From Nemertoderma westbladi (lineage: Eukaryota; Animalia; Xenacoelomorpha), in contig JAUCBJ010008811.1 of assembly GCA_032718475.1 (NCBI GenBank), positions 54,820-118,819 of the forward strand: DNA of 64,000 nt, given 5' to 3'. Shown one piece after another: positions 48,730 to 62,462 of this stretch. Made by a program: the position numbers and the translations under genes. The notes under the pieces were generated by a model. It worked only from the letters and a program-made list of their open reading frames with translations, had not been told where the DNA came from and searched no databases. Positions within the stretch are counted from its first letter, which is position 1. Each line of letters opens with the position of its first letter.

Positions 48730-50705
48730 TAGTTCCAATGGAAACGAAAGTAGTTTCAATGTTGGCGAATTTAGTTTCAATTTAGGCGAACTTAGGGGTG
48801 AGTACAAATCAAAGACCCAAGACTCTACAAAACAATACATGTACATAACAAAGAGAACAAAGTCGCGTTAGGTCCCAAAGAGCGTTAGGTCCCATTGCCA
48901 TTTAATGGAGCAGGTTACAGAGGCGTGTTGGGGGAACCGAAACAATAAAGTTAACACCTGTCTTTTGTACAGGTATTGAGTCTTTGGGTCTTTATTTTGA
49001 TTCCCCGTACTTAGTTCCAATTTAAGCATCATGGGAATTTAGTTCCAATGGATACGAATTTAGTTCCAATGCATGCGAATTTAATTCCAATGGATGCGAA
49101 TTTAGTTCCAATGGATGCGAATTTAGTTCCAATGCATGCGAATTTAATTCCAATGGATGCGAATTTAGTTCCAATGGATGCGAACTTAGTTCCAATGGAA
49201 GCGAATTTAGTTCCAATGTTTCAGGAGTGCGGCGAGCCACGTAGTTGGCGAAGAATCTGTTTAATGACACTATTACTATAGGTGGATGGTTAAATAATAA
49301 TTGTAAATAACTATCCCAAAACGCCCAACCTCCTAACCAAAACAATCTTATCCCAAACAACGCCCAACCTCTTAACCGGTCTGGAATAAACTACCCTGGA
49401 AATTCGAAAATGCAAAACAAAAGGTTTATTTACAAAAAAACTAATACAACATCTCTTAGCTCTATAATAAATTCACCAAAATACTAATAATTAAAAAATC
49501 TAATGGGAATGGAACTGCTAACGAACTAAAAATATTACTTTACAATTAATTTAAATCGAATCATGAGTACTTCACAACGTTTTTTAAAAATGACAGAAGG
49601 GTTTTACAATTATTGTTGACCCTGACCCACCCCAAATTGTGGCAATACGCAATAGGCTTCGCCTACTTCTGTACGTAGCTATCCCCACGATTGAAATATT
49701 GGAACTAAGTTCGTACCCATTGGAACTAAATTCGCATCCATTGGAACTAAGTTCGTTTTGATATTCTGGGATTAGAACTAAGTTCGCCTCAATTGGAACT
49801 AAGTTCGCTTTGTCAAATTTATTTTGGAACTAAATTCGTTTCAATTGGAACTAAGTTCGCCTTTGAAAATGTACGATTAGAACTAAGTTCGTGATACCTT
49901 TATTTTGTACTCACCCGCGAACTTAGTTCCAACAACTATAAAAAACGAAAACGAATTTAGTTCCAGTGCCTGCGAATTTAGTTCCAATGGAAGCGAATTT
50001 AGTTCCAATGCATGCGAATTTAGTTCCATTGTAAGCGAATTTAGTTCCAATGGAAGCGAATTTAGGTCCAATGGAAGCGAATTTAGTTCCAATAGATGCG
50101 AACTTGGTTACAATGCACGAGAATTTAATTACAATGCATGCGAATTTAGTTCCAATGGAAGCGAATTTAGTTCCAATAGATGTGAACTTGGTTACAATGG
50201 ATGCGAATTTAGTTCCAAGGAAGCGAATTTAGTTCCAATAGATGCGAACTTGGTTACAATGGATGCTAATTTAGTTTCAATGGATGCGAATTTAGTTCCA
50301 TTGTAAGCTAATTTAGTTCCAATGGAAGCGAATTTAGTTCCAATGGAAGCGAATTTAGTTCCATTTGAAGAGAATTTAGTTCCAATGGAAGCGAATTTAG
50401 TTCCAATGGAAGCGAATTTAGTTCAAATGGAAGCGAACTTAGTTCCAATGGAAGCGAATTTAGATCCAATAGATGCGAACTTGGTTACAATGCATGCGAA
50501 TTTAATTCCAATGGATGCGAACTTAGTTCGAATGCATGCGAATTTAGTTCCAATGGAAGCGAATTTAGTTCCAATAGATGCGAATTTAGTTCCAATCAAT
50601 GCATGCGAATTTAGTTCCAATGGAAGCGAATTTAGTTCCAATGGAAGCGAATTTAGTTCCAATGGATGCGAACTTGGTTACAATGGATGCGAATTTAGTT
50701 CCAAT
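48730..50705. repeat. 21-bp minisatellite blocks in both orientations within nested non-autonomous elements
   Basis: GCGAATTTAGTTCCAATGGAW at 49010-49220 and 49915-50705, reverse-complement units at ~49700-49890. Both forward blocks are followed by GCGAGCCACGTAGTTGGCGA.GAATCTGTTTAATG. Confidence 0.9.
48798..49007. mobile_element. Small MITE-like element
   Basis: Imperfect inverted ends GGTGAGTACAAATCAAAGACCCAAGAC / GTCTTTGGGTCTTTATTTTG; same family as 58523-58847. Confidence 0.55.
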
Positions 50706-51984
50706 GTAATTGAACCAGGTGTGGGGCGAGCCACGTAGTTGGCGACGAATCTGTTTAATGCAGATTGTAGACAAGATGGCATTAACGTGAAAATAGTCTG
50801 TATCTTTGTATAGTTTGTTGGTTAAACCAGGATTTCGTAACTTTTCCCAAAATGTAATGGGCTATCCAATACAACCAACGCTATTTACATTGTTATGGTA
50901 GTTTTCGTGCTGTGGTCCCTTTCTGGCACCCATCTCCAGTATTTTTCGTGCTAAAATTTTCAAAAGATTTTATGGCTCACTAAAATTAATTTATTTGCGG
51001 TAAATAGCGGTTTTATGGACACTGATCACGATTATAGAACTCAAATATAATATTCGAGAAAATTTTTGGTAAATTTGAATGTGCCTCGGGGCACCGAAAA
51101 AACAAGTAGTGCAAATATGATAATAAAAAATCACCACAAATTCAAATTGATTGATTTTATGACCATAATATAGGGTTTTTATGATGCTGATCATGAATAT
51201 GACACTGAAATATATCGTACATTGTTGATTAGGCCATTTTTGGATATGTGTCAATGTGCGGCACGAAAAATACAAGTAACAAAAATTTGATAATCAAAAA
51301 TCATTACCAAATCAACCTGTTGTTTATGCATTATGTGTTTTCTGAGACGCTGATCACGAATATGACACTCAAAAATATCGTACTGTATTATTTAACCAAA
51401 TTCGATCTTTGTCGTGTGAAATTTTTTGCTACTTGTATTTTTCGTCCCACCAGACAAGCACCAAAAATGATGGTTGCGGTACCACGATTAATATTTAAAG
51501 TTGTATCGTGATCAGCGACCTTGTAAACCAGTATAGCTTTGGAATTACCAAACCAAAGGCAAAATTTTACAGTTTATTTTTTTTAGCTACCGGTACTTGA
51601 AATCTTCATTCTGGGGCAACAGAATGGCACCAAAATTGGGTTTGCATTTACCAGAAATATTTATAACTAGTTTCATCGTGATCAGCAACCTCGAATACCC
51701 GTATACGTTCAGATTATCACACCAAACACAAAAATTTTTAGTATTTCGAGTTTAGTTTTTTTGACATTTTTTTACTTGTACAGTACTTTTCATCCTGGGC
51801 ACCAAAATAGCACCAAAATGATGGTTGCATTGCTCGAAAATATTTTTAACAAGTATTATCGCGATTAGCGACCTCTAAAACCCTTATACCATTAAAATTG
51901 TAATTTTAAGGTTAGATCTAAATAATTTTAAAAATGAGCACCCCCCCCCCCCCCCCCCCCCCCCGGGCCAATTACTGAAGGGAG

Positions 51985-52927
51985 GATTCTGTTTGAAGAA
52001 GTTTGTTTCTAACAGCAAGGAATTCCTCCACGCATTAAATGTGGATGAACTTAGCCCTATTATAGATCTCGACCTGGACAAACTTCCTGTTACTCGGGCC
52101 CTGGGTTAAGTGGGATACAGACAACGAACGACGTGTTTACATTCAATTATACTGTCACGCAGAAGCCGCTTACCAAGGCTGGTTGTTTAGGACAACTTGC
52201 CTCTATATTTGACCCTATCAACTTTGTCGCTCCTTTCCTCCTTAAAGGAAAGTTGCTCCTTCAAGCAATTTGGAAATCTGGTTGTGATTGGAAGGAAACA
52301 ATCCCACAGGAGATACGGATGAAGTGGATTGACCAGATTCCACAATTGTCAGAAATTATTATTCCTCGGGTCTTTCGTCATGATTTATCACTAATGTGTA
52401 CTTATCAACTACACTTATTTTGTGACGCATCAGAATCTGCTTTTGGAGCAGTATGTTATCTTCGCTGTTCTGAAGATAATCAGGTCCGTACCTCATTTGT
52501 ATTATCTAGAGTTAAAGTTGTGAGTATTTCAAATAAGCCTCCACGGGTACCAAGACTTGAATTGGAAGGAGCTGTCCTTCTGGTGGACATGCTTCGAATT
52601 ATTAAAACGGAATTGAGATTAAGTATTGTGCAAATACATTGTTGGACCGACTCAACTGTAGTCATGGGTTATATTAACAATTCATCTAAGTCCTTCAAAC
52701 TATATGTGACAAACAGAGTTTCACACATTTTGACATTTACGATTCCCGAGATGTGGCATCATGTACCGGGTACTCAGAACCCTGCTGATGATATTAGCAG
52801 AGGTTTCAATGCCCGAGAACTAATCGCATCTCATCGTTGGTGGTATGGTACACAATTTATTTTGTCTTCCCGAACAACAATGGCCAATAAACGAAGGTGG
52901 ATGTATATTCTCTGTTGCTGCGGATGA
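51985..52927 (+). mobile_element. BEL/Pao LTR retrotransposon pol fragment (post-RT/RNase H region)
   Basis: IFDP..FVAP, LHLFCDASE.AFGAV.YLR, PRLEL.GA, WTDS, NRV, WHHVPG..NPAD..SRG, WW.G. Confidence 0.93.
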
Positions 52928-54946
52928 TCCAGAGGTGAAGGGCGATCATGGTGATATTGTCGCTCAAATCGGCCACTTGGGTTGTACCCCCCATGAGGGG
53001 GCTGCGGATGACAATGATTCAACTAATTATGTCGAGCTGTTCGACGAATCACAAATTCTGGAAGAATATTTAAATTGCTGTACACTGAGTCAGATAAACT
53101 TGAAGTAAACGAAATTAAATCCCCCCCCCCCCCGTGGGGGGGGGGGGGGGGGGGCGGGGGGGGGGGGGATGCGCGGGTTCGGTGTAGGGGGGGGGGGGGG
53201 GGGGGGTTCGTGAAGGGATACTACACGGCAAGCGGGGTTAGAACTTAGTCTGTAGAGGCACATTCTATGGGATCATCAAACATTTTAAACGAATATTCTA
53301 ATAAAACAATTTGACTATTTCTTAAATATTAATATGACTTGTTTGTTTACATTAGGGGTTTATGAAACCTGTTATACATTATATTTTCTGCATCTTTTAA
53401 CCGATTAAGGGCACACGCAGTTTATAGTCACAGGTAGTATTATTGTCTATGTCTATAATGTACGTGGTGTGGTGTCTGTCTCCTCTGAATGAAAAATTAT
53501 CATTTATAACTACTGTTATATAAAAACCGTTAAAGGTCTAAAAGCGCGAACAACTGATCTCGCTGCTGGACTTGTTCCTGGCCAAATAATGCTTTTGGAT
53601 GTATTTCGCAGAAAGCTATACCAGTACTTATAAACTTAGACGATGAAATACACACGGCGCGCCTTTTTTTAATAATGTCGCCTTAAAAGTTTGTTTGTAT
53701 TTTTTCAATCTATAAGCCGTTCGAAAATACCCAAAAATTTAAAGAAAAAGGAGTACTTTTTTCCTTAGGGAAAAAAATATCCCATAGGATTGCATTGATT
53801 TTACTTTTTCCCGGCGAAATTATTACATTTTATTGTATGTGTTGAAAGTGCTTTGAAGTAGAAAACGTTTTCACATAATTTGAGTAAAATCCATGCACAC
53901 ACTCAAAAGTGTCACTTTAGTGTCTCTGCGGGGCGTTTAACAAAACAGAACTCAATTAATATCTAATATTGGTTTGTAGGTGAGTTGCTCTGTACTTAAA
54001 TTGATAAATATTCCAGAACATTAAATTATTTAACATGGAGAAAGACAGCATCAGGAGTTAACTAGAGTACAAAAATTTGAATTGCTGTATTTACTAAAAT
54101 ACTGCAGTGCATTCAGTTTATTTTGTAACACTTCTTAGTTCAACTTGCCAGAACCTGAATCAACGTATGTTTTATTATCAGATTCGTTTTCAGACGAAAA
54201 AATCTATCGAATGATATAAGATACTTGCCTATTTGACCAACTTTGAAATTTCGCATAAAAGTTGCGCTTTTTGCCGCTTTAAAGTGACAGTGACCATGTA
54301 CTGTAGTCCGTCAAAAGTTTAGAAATAATCTGAAGTTTGGTGAAACATCAGACAGCCTGTCAGTCGTTACCAGTAGTTTCAGTACCATTGATGAAATTAA
54401 ACCAAACTTGCAATGTATGCAGTCTCGTGCTGCGCGAAGGCCCCACAAACGCGTTTTAATGTGAATGGTTAGCTATTGTTAAAAGTACAAATATTTATCT
54501 AAAATATTTGTATTCTAAACCTTGTTTTTTTAAGAAATTAAAAAAAAAATGTTGTTCCTACTAGCTAGCTGTTGCTATTTTAATAAATATGTTCTAGAAT
54601 ATACACTTTTAATAAAAGATTATTAGATTACATTCTAGAACGGTTCATAAAAAGGTACAGTAAAAATCATATTTAAATTTAGTATTTGTTATTATTTTAA
54701 TCAGCTAACGTGTTCCCTATTATTTAAAAAAAACGGTAGTTCTAAAATAAATTTTCATATTGAAAATGTTTTTAATATTTTTTACGCCTTTAAATTTAAC
54801 AAAAATTATTTGTTCTACAACCTTTATTTTATAAATACCTTTAAAATTAAATCGTAAAAAAACTAGTTTGATAAAGAAATAAAACAAATTGAGCAGTGCT
54901 GAGTACCCCATGACGTATCAGTCACGTACCACTCTACGTATGACAT

Positions 54947-55384
54947 GGGGGCGTTCATACTGTATGTCACGCTAATTTTTCCAATTTTGACCCTCCCCCC
55001 CCCCCCCCCCGACAAAAAATATTGTATTGTAATAATACACAATGTTTGTTATGCCAATATAATATAAATTCAATCACTATATCTACATTTTCCCACGGGC
55101 AAGTCAAGTGTTCTTATTCTACATTAATAACAGGTATTACAGTGTTGGAGTCAATGGCTTCTATGTCCTACTCAATTTATCGATTATACTCAATGTTATT
55201 GAGTTTATTGTTTTCCTTAAAGTTACCCACTCTTCTACCCATGAGTGAAAGTCAAAGCCACGCTAACATTAAAGCATAGGCCTACCGTAGAACATCGCCG
55301 TGACCGTCACAAAAGTCGACACCCCCCTCCCCCCCCCCCCCCCCCCCCCCCCCCTAGTGAGTGACATACTTTATGAACGCCCCC
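54947..55384. mobile_element. PIF/Harbinger-like MITE
   Basis: TIRs GGGGGCGTTCATA.../...TATGAACGCCCCC with subterminal GTATGTCAC/GTGACATAC; 3-bp flanking duplication CAT. Confidence 0.75.
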
Positions 55385-55799
55385 CATGTTAAATTACGTG
55401 GAACATATTTCCACCTGTTAACCTGTTACTTAACCTCAACCGGTGGATACGGTGGATACGGTGGATACTGCAGACTATCACTATTGGTACCGCGGACACA
55501 ATCTACCTGAAATATATAAAATGTGTTCCTCTCAGATTATAGCGTTTATATATTAAACTAATACGACTAAAATAATAATAAATACCAACGCGAAGGTACC
55601 GGTAGGCGGTACTCAACTTGTGTGCTACACGAAATAATGCTCGGCTAAGCAAACTGTTTGTAATGCTAAAATTCTATAAAGTCTTTATAGAATATATTTA
55701 TTAAAGATATTATAGAGTTCTAGAAGACTCACTGAAATACACGCAAATTACTTCAAAATATCTAGAGTATCAACTAATTCAGTCTATAAACCCGGGGCC

Positions 55800-56393
55800 T
55801 CAATGTAGGCCCTTGGTGCCCCCGTAGTGCAGTCTCGGTCGGTTGTGCTCCTGTTCGGTCAGATGGTCCCCCGGGAAGAACAACAACTCGACCTCCTCAC
55901 TGACCTCGTCTCGCAACAATCGACGATCCGCCTTCTCGCTGTTGAGTTTCGCCTTGTTCCCGAACCACCGGATAATAAGGTAGAAAACCCCGATCCAAAA
56001 GAAGAACAACCCCATGGCTTTGTTGGCCTCGATGTTCTGGGCCTGCCGTTGTACGGCTTCCGGGGGCGGGTTCATCCCCAGTGGGTCGCTCGCGTATTCC
56101 TCGCAGATCGCCAGGTACTTCCTCTTGAATTCCAACTCCTTGGAGCTGTTCCAGTTGGCGGGGCGCGGTACCGGGCTGGGCCAGTCGGCGTGGGGCCATT
56201 CCTGGTCCCAGTTGGCGGGCCGTGGTTGCGGCAACGAGGCAGGCCACACTACGGCGGCTCGCGAGGTATCAATAGGTGCGGAGAGGTCCGCCATCGATCG
56301 CGATTGCCGGTAACTGGTGGACGCAGTTACACTTCTGTTTCTCAGTCGCCCCGGCGCTCTGTTTCGGGCCACGGCTGCTATAACCGACGCCAT
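55800..56393 (-). CDS. Orphan GC-rich ORF, single-pass membrane protein with presequence-like N-terminus
   Basis: 197 aa, codons GC3-rich against an AT-rich background; Arg/Ala/Ser-rich N-terminus; TM segment AMGLFFFWIGVFYLIIRWF. Confidence 0.55.
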   Translation of the reverse strand: MASVIAAVARNRAPGRLRNRSVTASTSYRQSRSMADLSAPIDTSRAAVVWPASLPQPRPANWDQEWPHADWPSPVPRPANWNSSKELEFKRKYLAICEEYASDPLGMNPPPEAVQRQAQNIEANKAMGLFFFWIGVFYLIIRWFGNKAKLNSEKADRRLLRDEVSEEVELLFFPGDHLTEQEHNRPRLHYGGTKGLH

Positions 56394-57097
56394 TATTGAT
56401 TAATACAGTAATAGTCAGTAGGCAGGTAGGCCTATTAGCAGATTAGTGCTCTGCTCTACCAGTCTACTGTATTACCGGTAGTATTTCACTTCAGCCTGTC
56501 CTGTCAATAGCCTACCTATCTTACTAAAGTAGGCGTACAGCAGTACTGCAGTATGGTAGCTGAGCATCAGTACAGCAGTAGGAATTGGAATTGGAATTAT
56601 ATAGGCCTATTTGACAAACGAAGTAAAATATAAACATACCGACATATAGCCTATACATACAGTACCGTAGATATAAACCAGTAAACACAACGATTAAGAA
56701 AATGATATACTGTATGCTGGTATGGCTGTACAGCTGTATGGTAAGGCAGAGCGCAAATTACGTACATAAATTAAATTAGATAAAATTATTTTCATTCGGT
56801 TTTTAGTTCAAATTAAAATTATATAATTCTGTCATGCTAAAAACGTGTTTCGGTTAGGCAAGTGTATAAAAGTTAAAAAAAAAGAGGTGATAAATTCAGA
56901 AATATACCGAAAAATTAAGAAGGTTAAGGTGCACCATATTTGAGAATCCCTACTTTGAGTACCCTACTGCCTGACTGCTGTACTGCCTACTGACTGCTGT
57001 ACTGCCCTAAGCTAGTCAGCCAGTACAGGTACCGGTAGGTAATTTTATTAATTGTTTATTTACATCAGGCAGTACCTACGCTGGTGCTTAGTTCGTG

Positions 57098-57737
57098 GGT
57101 ACGTACTAAAAGGTAGAACGATCTATAACGGGCTATAACGATCTATAACGGGCTATAACTTCCCCATAACAAGCTATAACCACCTATAACTAGCTATAAT
57201 CTGAAAATTTACAATAATAAAACCTATTTTAGAATGGATTTATTATCCTAGTCAGTAATTTAATTACGCAATTTGGTTTTTTAGTCCAAAATGCTTTTCA
57301 TCTTTGTGGTATCACGAAATCAGTCATTACTGCATTAGTTAGCATGCCACTACTGCATTTTCTGACTTTCAAACAGTGCAGCTGAGAAGAGGTCTCTCAT
57401 CTCCCTGTCTATCCTCCATCCTGCTATATCCGCTGTCAGCTTCTGGTCGATATAGAATACAGGAATGTGAGCAATATAGGCCAATAAAAAAAAAACTTAC
57501 CAGTATCAATTAGGCATAGGCAGATAGGCCTACCCTAATTTTTAACCTGCGGGATTTTTCAGACCACCGTGTTAATCCAAAAGTTAAACACACCCAAGGG
57601 GCGTTTTTTAATGTAAATTTTCATATTATAGCTCGTTATAGGTGGTTATAGCCTGTTTATAGGAAATTATAGCCCGTTATACCCCGTTATAGATTGTTAT
57701 AGCCCGTTATAGATCGTTCTACCTTTTAGTACGTACC
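57098..57737. mobile_element. Mutator-like (MULE) MITE with 9-bp TSD
   Basis: TIR GGTACGTACTAAAAGGTAGAACGATCTATAAC and its reverse complement; TAGTTCGTG duplicated at 57089-57097 and 57738-57746. Confidence 0.9.
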
Positions 57738-58323
57738 TAGTTCGTGGCTTTTCCAGTTAACATTATTCCATTTTGTATAAAACAAGGGGGGTAAATCTTT
57801 TCGACCTACGCGTAGGCCTACGCGTAGCTACGCGTAGTTCGCAACATTGGGTCATATATTACCAGTTTCAGAGTTTTAACATTAACAACGCGTAGGTCCT
57901 ACGCGTAGGTGCTACGTATAACTACGCGTAGGTGCTACCCATAACTATGCCTACGTCGTTTATCATTAGTTGGCCTACGTATTCCAAGCGGTTCAGTACT
58001 AAAATATAAGACAATACGGTATGTTCAATAAACAACCCACAACCATCAAATGCTTTCAACAGTAATTTATCCTATATACCTGTATACTCTATATAGAGGA
58101 ATACGCTAAGACTACATATTCTTCACTTCATGCGTTGCGGGTGCTAAAATGTCTTACCGGTGTCACAGGCGAAAATGCCCCCCCGTGCGGAATATGCCCG
58201 GGGGGCATATTCGCCTAGCGCCAAATGCCCCCCCCCCGGGTCACATTGGCCTAGCGCCATATGGCCCCCTATCGCGCAGAATGCCCCCCCCCCCTGGTGA
58301 TTTGATGGTTTGAAATGAGCGAT

Positions 58324-58500
58324 TCATGATTTCTTGTAGTTATCAATGAAATTAAATCGCTTCAGTTTCTTTCCGTTCACTCTCTTCTTTAGCTCTATTC
58401 CCAGGGCATTTTGCAATTTATATGTCCCCTTCGAGAGTACTTGACTGATGGTGTATGGGCCAAGCCACGGACGTAGAAGCTTCCCTCCTTTCCTGTCATC
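58324..58500 (-). mobile_element. Gypsy-type integrase C-terminal (GPY/F) fragment
   Basis: KLLRPWLGPYTI...GTYKL...NGKKLKRF. Confidence 0.75.
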
Positions 58501-58522
58501 GTTCTTAGAATTTACAGATTTA

Positions 58523-58847
58523 AAGGAGCAGGTTACATGAGGCGTGTTGTGGGAACCAAAACAACAAACGAAAGTTAACACATATGTTAGAAGATTATGC
58601 AGGTTACTTTTATTTAAAGGCTGAAAGGAGCAGGTTACATAGGCGTGTTGGGGGAACTAAAACAATAAACGAAAGTTGACACATGTTACAAGATTATGCA
58701 GGTTACTTTTATTTAAAGGCTGAAAGGAGCAGGTTACATAGGCGTGTTGGGGGAACTAAAACAATAAACGAAAGTTGACACATATGTTTACAAGATTATA
58801 CAGCAGGTTACTTAATTGGGTCTTGGGTCTTTTGTTTTGTACTCACC
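58523..58847. repeat. ~97-bp tandem repeat (3 copies) ending in a MITE terminus
   Basis: AAGGAGCAGGTTACAT.GGCGTGTTG... three times; ends TTTTGTACTCACC. Confidence 0.8.
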
Positions 58848-60635
58848 AACACCAAACTGTTTCTTCCTGTAAATAAACGAAGCATTTCATCGGTTAACTC
58901 CTGAAATCAAAACACAACTGAAATAATTATGTATGTTAAATTCGAGCTTAGTAATCTGTAGATCGAATGTAACATAATTGAGGTTACGTTCGATTCGTAA
59001 AAACTATGTTACTGTACTTTCGATTCTGATTACGTTCGGTCTGTCACCCTACCGTTACCGTTACTGCTGCACTTGTAAAAGCTTTTGTGGGATAACTGAT
59101 ACGTTTGCCTTTGCTGGCCAGTTCCCCCCCAGTCGCTAGAATACTCTCAAAGGGATTTATAACTAAAATAGTGCAAGCTACCAGCTTATTGGCTGATGTG
59201 CTGTACGGAGATATCTGGGCTCAGTTTAATCGGCCAACTAGCTTAGAGAGGTTGCCTTAGCCTTGCTGTTCGTGTCAGCCAATAGAATTTGCGTAGGCGT
59301 TGATTTCGACCTATCCCAGCGCTACTGAACTGAATTTCCTATCTCACTGCTCATCCTCTGTGTTGAACGGGGCTTCGTGGAATAAGAGTTTTTGGTATAC
59401 TCGTATAGTAGTAGTAGTCATATGATTTTATATGATTCTGTTGTTGTGTTCCCATTTTCGCCATAACACCGGCTTTTTGGGAAGAACTCTAGTAAAACTG
59501 CTTAAATTATCGAAAGTATAAACTGTTACCTAATTAATCAATCGAATCGAAAGAACTCACTAACTCACTTAATTTAACTGCATTAATCATATTGTTTGTA
59601 CTGTTATTTACCGTCAGTTATTAATTGTACCTATTTGTTGATGGAAATATTGCTCTTTGGATAATACGGATAAATCACCCAAATTTCCCAATTTTCTTGA
59701 TACACTACAGGTTAGAGAGACCGGCTATACATAACAATTGCGATTTATATTAATGTGGTGTGTATTGAATCTAATGTTATTTAGCAGACACTACATGAGT
59801 CAATTACTGCTCTCTTTATGTGTGATCAAATATACTGACGGTCGGCAGAATAGTGTGTATGATTGTGATTGGTAACAAAGTATTTCCTAAAGAATACGCT
59901 TTATACTTTAATCATAAGCGGTATCGTTGCGTTTTGGTATAAGTCTTAGTTCTGTTTAAATAGATAGAGCGCCACGCCCTAAAGGAACTGTTAATATTTC
60001 CCGAAAGCCAATAATATCTGTCAGGAATTAATTATTAACGATCTATCGAATAATACAGTAAGTTTACGCTGCAACCTTACACTGCAATAATAAAATTTAA
60101 GCATCCGAATTCAGCCTCCCGGGTGTAGATCCATCGGGTGAATGATCGCGCATGGGCTGACTTCGGCTAATGTTTTGTGTATTAGCATAAATTGTTGTCG
60201 TATGCTAAAGGTGTTTTAATTAACTAAAAGACATATAAATTTTGGCAGGTTAAACTGCTAAAGGTCTTCAAAAGCGCGAACAGTAACAGTTTATAATCTT
60301 ATTGCAGTAGGCAATAAGGTTGCAAAATACCGTAGTGACTGGTAAAACTGAACCGGTACTTCTGTAGGTCAGTAGGCCTAACTGTCATCACCGGTACCGG
60401 TACTGCTGTACAAGTACATTTAGTATTATTCGATTTTGATTATTGTATACTGGTAGGTCTTAGTACTTAATCAGGGACTGCAGCCCTGAATTTTTATTGA
60501 GATTTTACCTATTTCTGTCGGTTTTATTTCCTAGTAGGCTAATATTGAGCAGAAGGCGTGTGACCCTGCTCAGATTGTTCAGATAATTGTAGGCTGAGCT
60601 GCTGTCTGACTGTTGTTGAGTTTGGAGAGATTACG

Positions 60636-61085
60636 GCGTGTGTAGAGTTTGTCTGATAAAGTGCCGTTAGTAAGTTGGGGCAGCCATATGCGGTAAGGTC
60701 AATCCCCTCTTAAAGAATAAGTCGTACTACCGTGTTAGAACGCATACTAACTAACAGTTTCAGAGTCTGCATATACTGTAGTTTATTTAGGCTTGATCGT
60801 AGTCTACCAGTGTTTTAGCCTGTGTTTGTTTGTGTGGTCTGTTCAGGTACCGTAATAGTTATTACTCAAATATTTGTAGGCTGGATTGTTGTCTAGCTAT
60901 TTTTAGGTCTGAAGGGATTGCTGCGTGTGTAGAGTTGGTCTGATAAAGTGCCGTTAGTAAGTTGGGGCAGCCATAAGCTGTAAGGTCAATCCCCTCTTAA
61001 AGAGTAAGTCGTACTACCGTGTTAGAACGCATACTAACTAACAGTTTCAGAATCTGCACATACTGTAGTTTGTTTAGGCTTGATA
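60636..61085. repeat. Direct duplication (~160 bp conserved, ~287-bp spacing)
   Basis: GCGTGTGTAGAGTT.GTCTGATAAAGTGCCGTTAGTAAGTTGGGGCAGCC... at ~60636 and ~60924. Confidence 0.85.
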
Positions 61086-62462
61086 GTAGTTTGCCAGCGT
61101 TTGGTTTGTATTTGTTTGAGTATTCTGTACGGGTAGCGTAATATTTATTATTCAGAGTTTATGCGATTATTCGCAACATTCATGTCCCCAAGTTTATTCC
61201 TACAGTAATTGTGCTTGTTATACATACCGTTATAGTTAAACTAACCCCGGTACTACATCAGGGCTGCTCGGCGTAGGTAAAGACTGGAGATTTTGTGCTT
61301 CGGTCACTCCAGCAGATGCCGTGGTTCTTTTAACTGTTCAAGTATATTTAACTACTGATTATTTGTTATACCGGTACTTGTACCTAATTTAGGGTTTAGT
61401 GTACAGTGCTTTCCGAAGTAATTAGTGTAGGCAGTATATTTGTGTTGTAAAGTGGTTGATAGGCACATTCGTTAGCTCTATTAGCTTCTGGGTAGGAACA
61501 ATCCGTGATACATAACATAGTACCTATAGCGATACGGTTATAGGTCGTCAGGCGGTGGTATTTTCCTATCTGGACAGTACAATATATTTACTACTTATTA
61601 TTTCAAATACCGTAGTACCCTGTCCGTTGTAATAACCAGAATTCTAACCCTTTGTTAGGCTGGTTTGTAGACTTCCTGTAAAATTACCCTAAAAATTTCG
61701 TACGTAATATTTTGTTGTGTTTAATTAGAGAATTAATCTCATCAGTATCGTAAGTAATTTGTAGTATTAAGTAACTTAGGTAAATTAGAATTATCAGTTT
61801 TAGTGTCAAATAAATAGCACTTCACTGAGAGGCGTTCAGCTTCTGTGTAGTGACTCCCCCAGAAATAATAACATTTATTTCAAATATTGACAAAAACCCA
61901 TATAAACGGGTATATAAATATTATAAATCAAATCAAACGATTTATAAATAGTAGGCTTGTCATACAACAACTAGGTCTCACTACCAGTTGGACTACTACT
62001 TAAACAACGGTAATAAAGTAAGTTAAAGTAGCTAAGTAACCTTAAAATATTCAGGAATTCAATTATTCGAAAAATAATTGACATACCGGTACTCACTATA
62101 GGCTTATTATATTTATCTCTATAAATTTGAGCTGAAATCATACCGGTACTCTGTAATTAATTCTAGTTCATAATTATACTTATATACTATAAGTGTAAGC
62201 TGTATACCGGTATTCACTATAGGCCTACTATATATATGTATATATTTGTGCTAAATTATATACCGGTACTCTGTGACAAATCTAGTCTGTAATAATACTT
62301 ATATATATTATAAGCATACCGGTATTCTAATATATTGTATATATATCACGTTACCCTGAGTAACGGTACCGGTAATAAATCGCTAGGCTTGCGGTCATAC
62401 TGAATTACTAGACTTGCTTTAACTGAAAATATAGTAGTAGACATTCAACTGTATAACTAAAC

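Noticed and set aside
49022-50774. Heptad-repeat ORFs (ANLVPME / ELNSLPL)
   Set aside because: Translations of a 21-bp minisatellite.
53120-53210. Poly-C/poly-G tracts as G-quadruplex elements
   Set aside because: Simple homopolymers of uncertain length scattered through the window; no specific evidence of function.
58324-58581. Possible missing Polinton integrase
   Set aside because: Only a Gypsy GPY/F tail, ~20 kb outside any Polinton boundary, with no DDE core.
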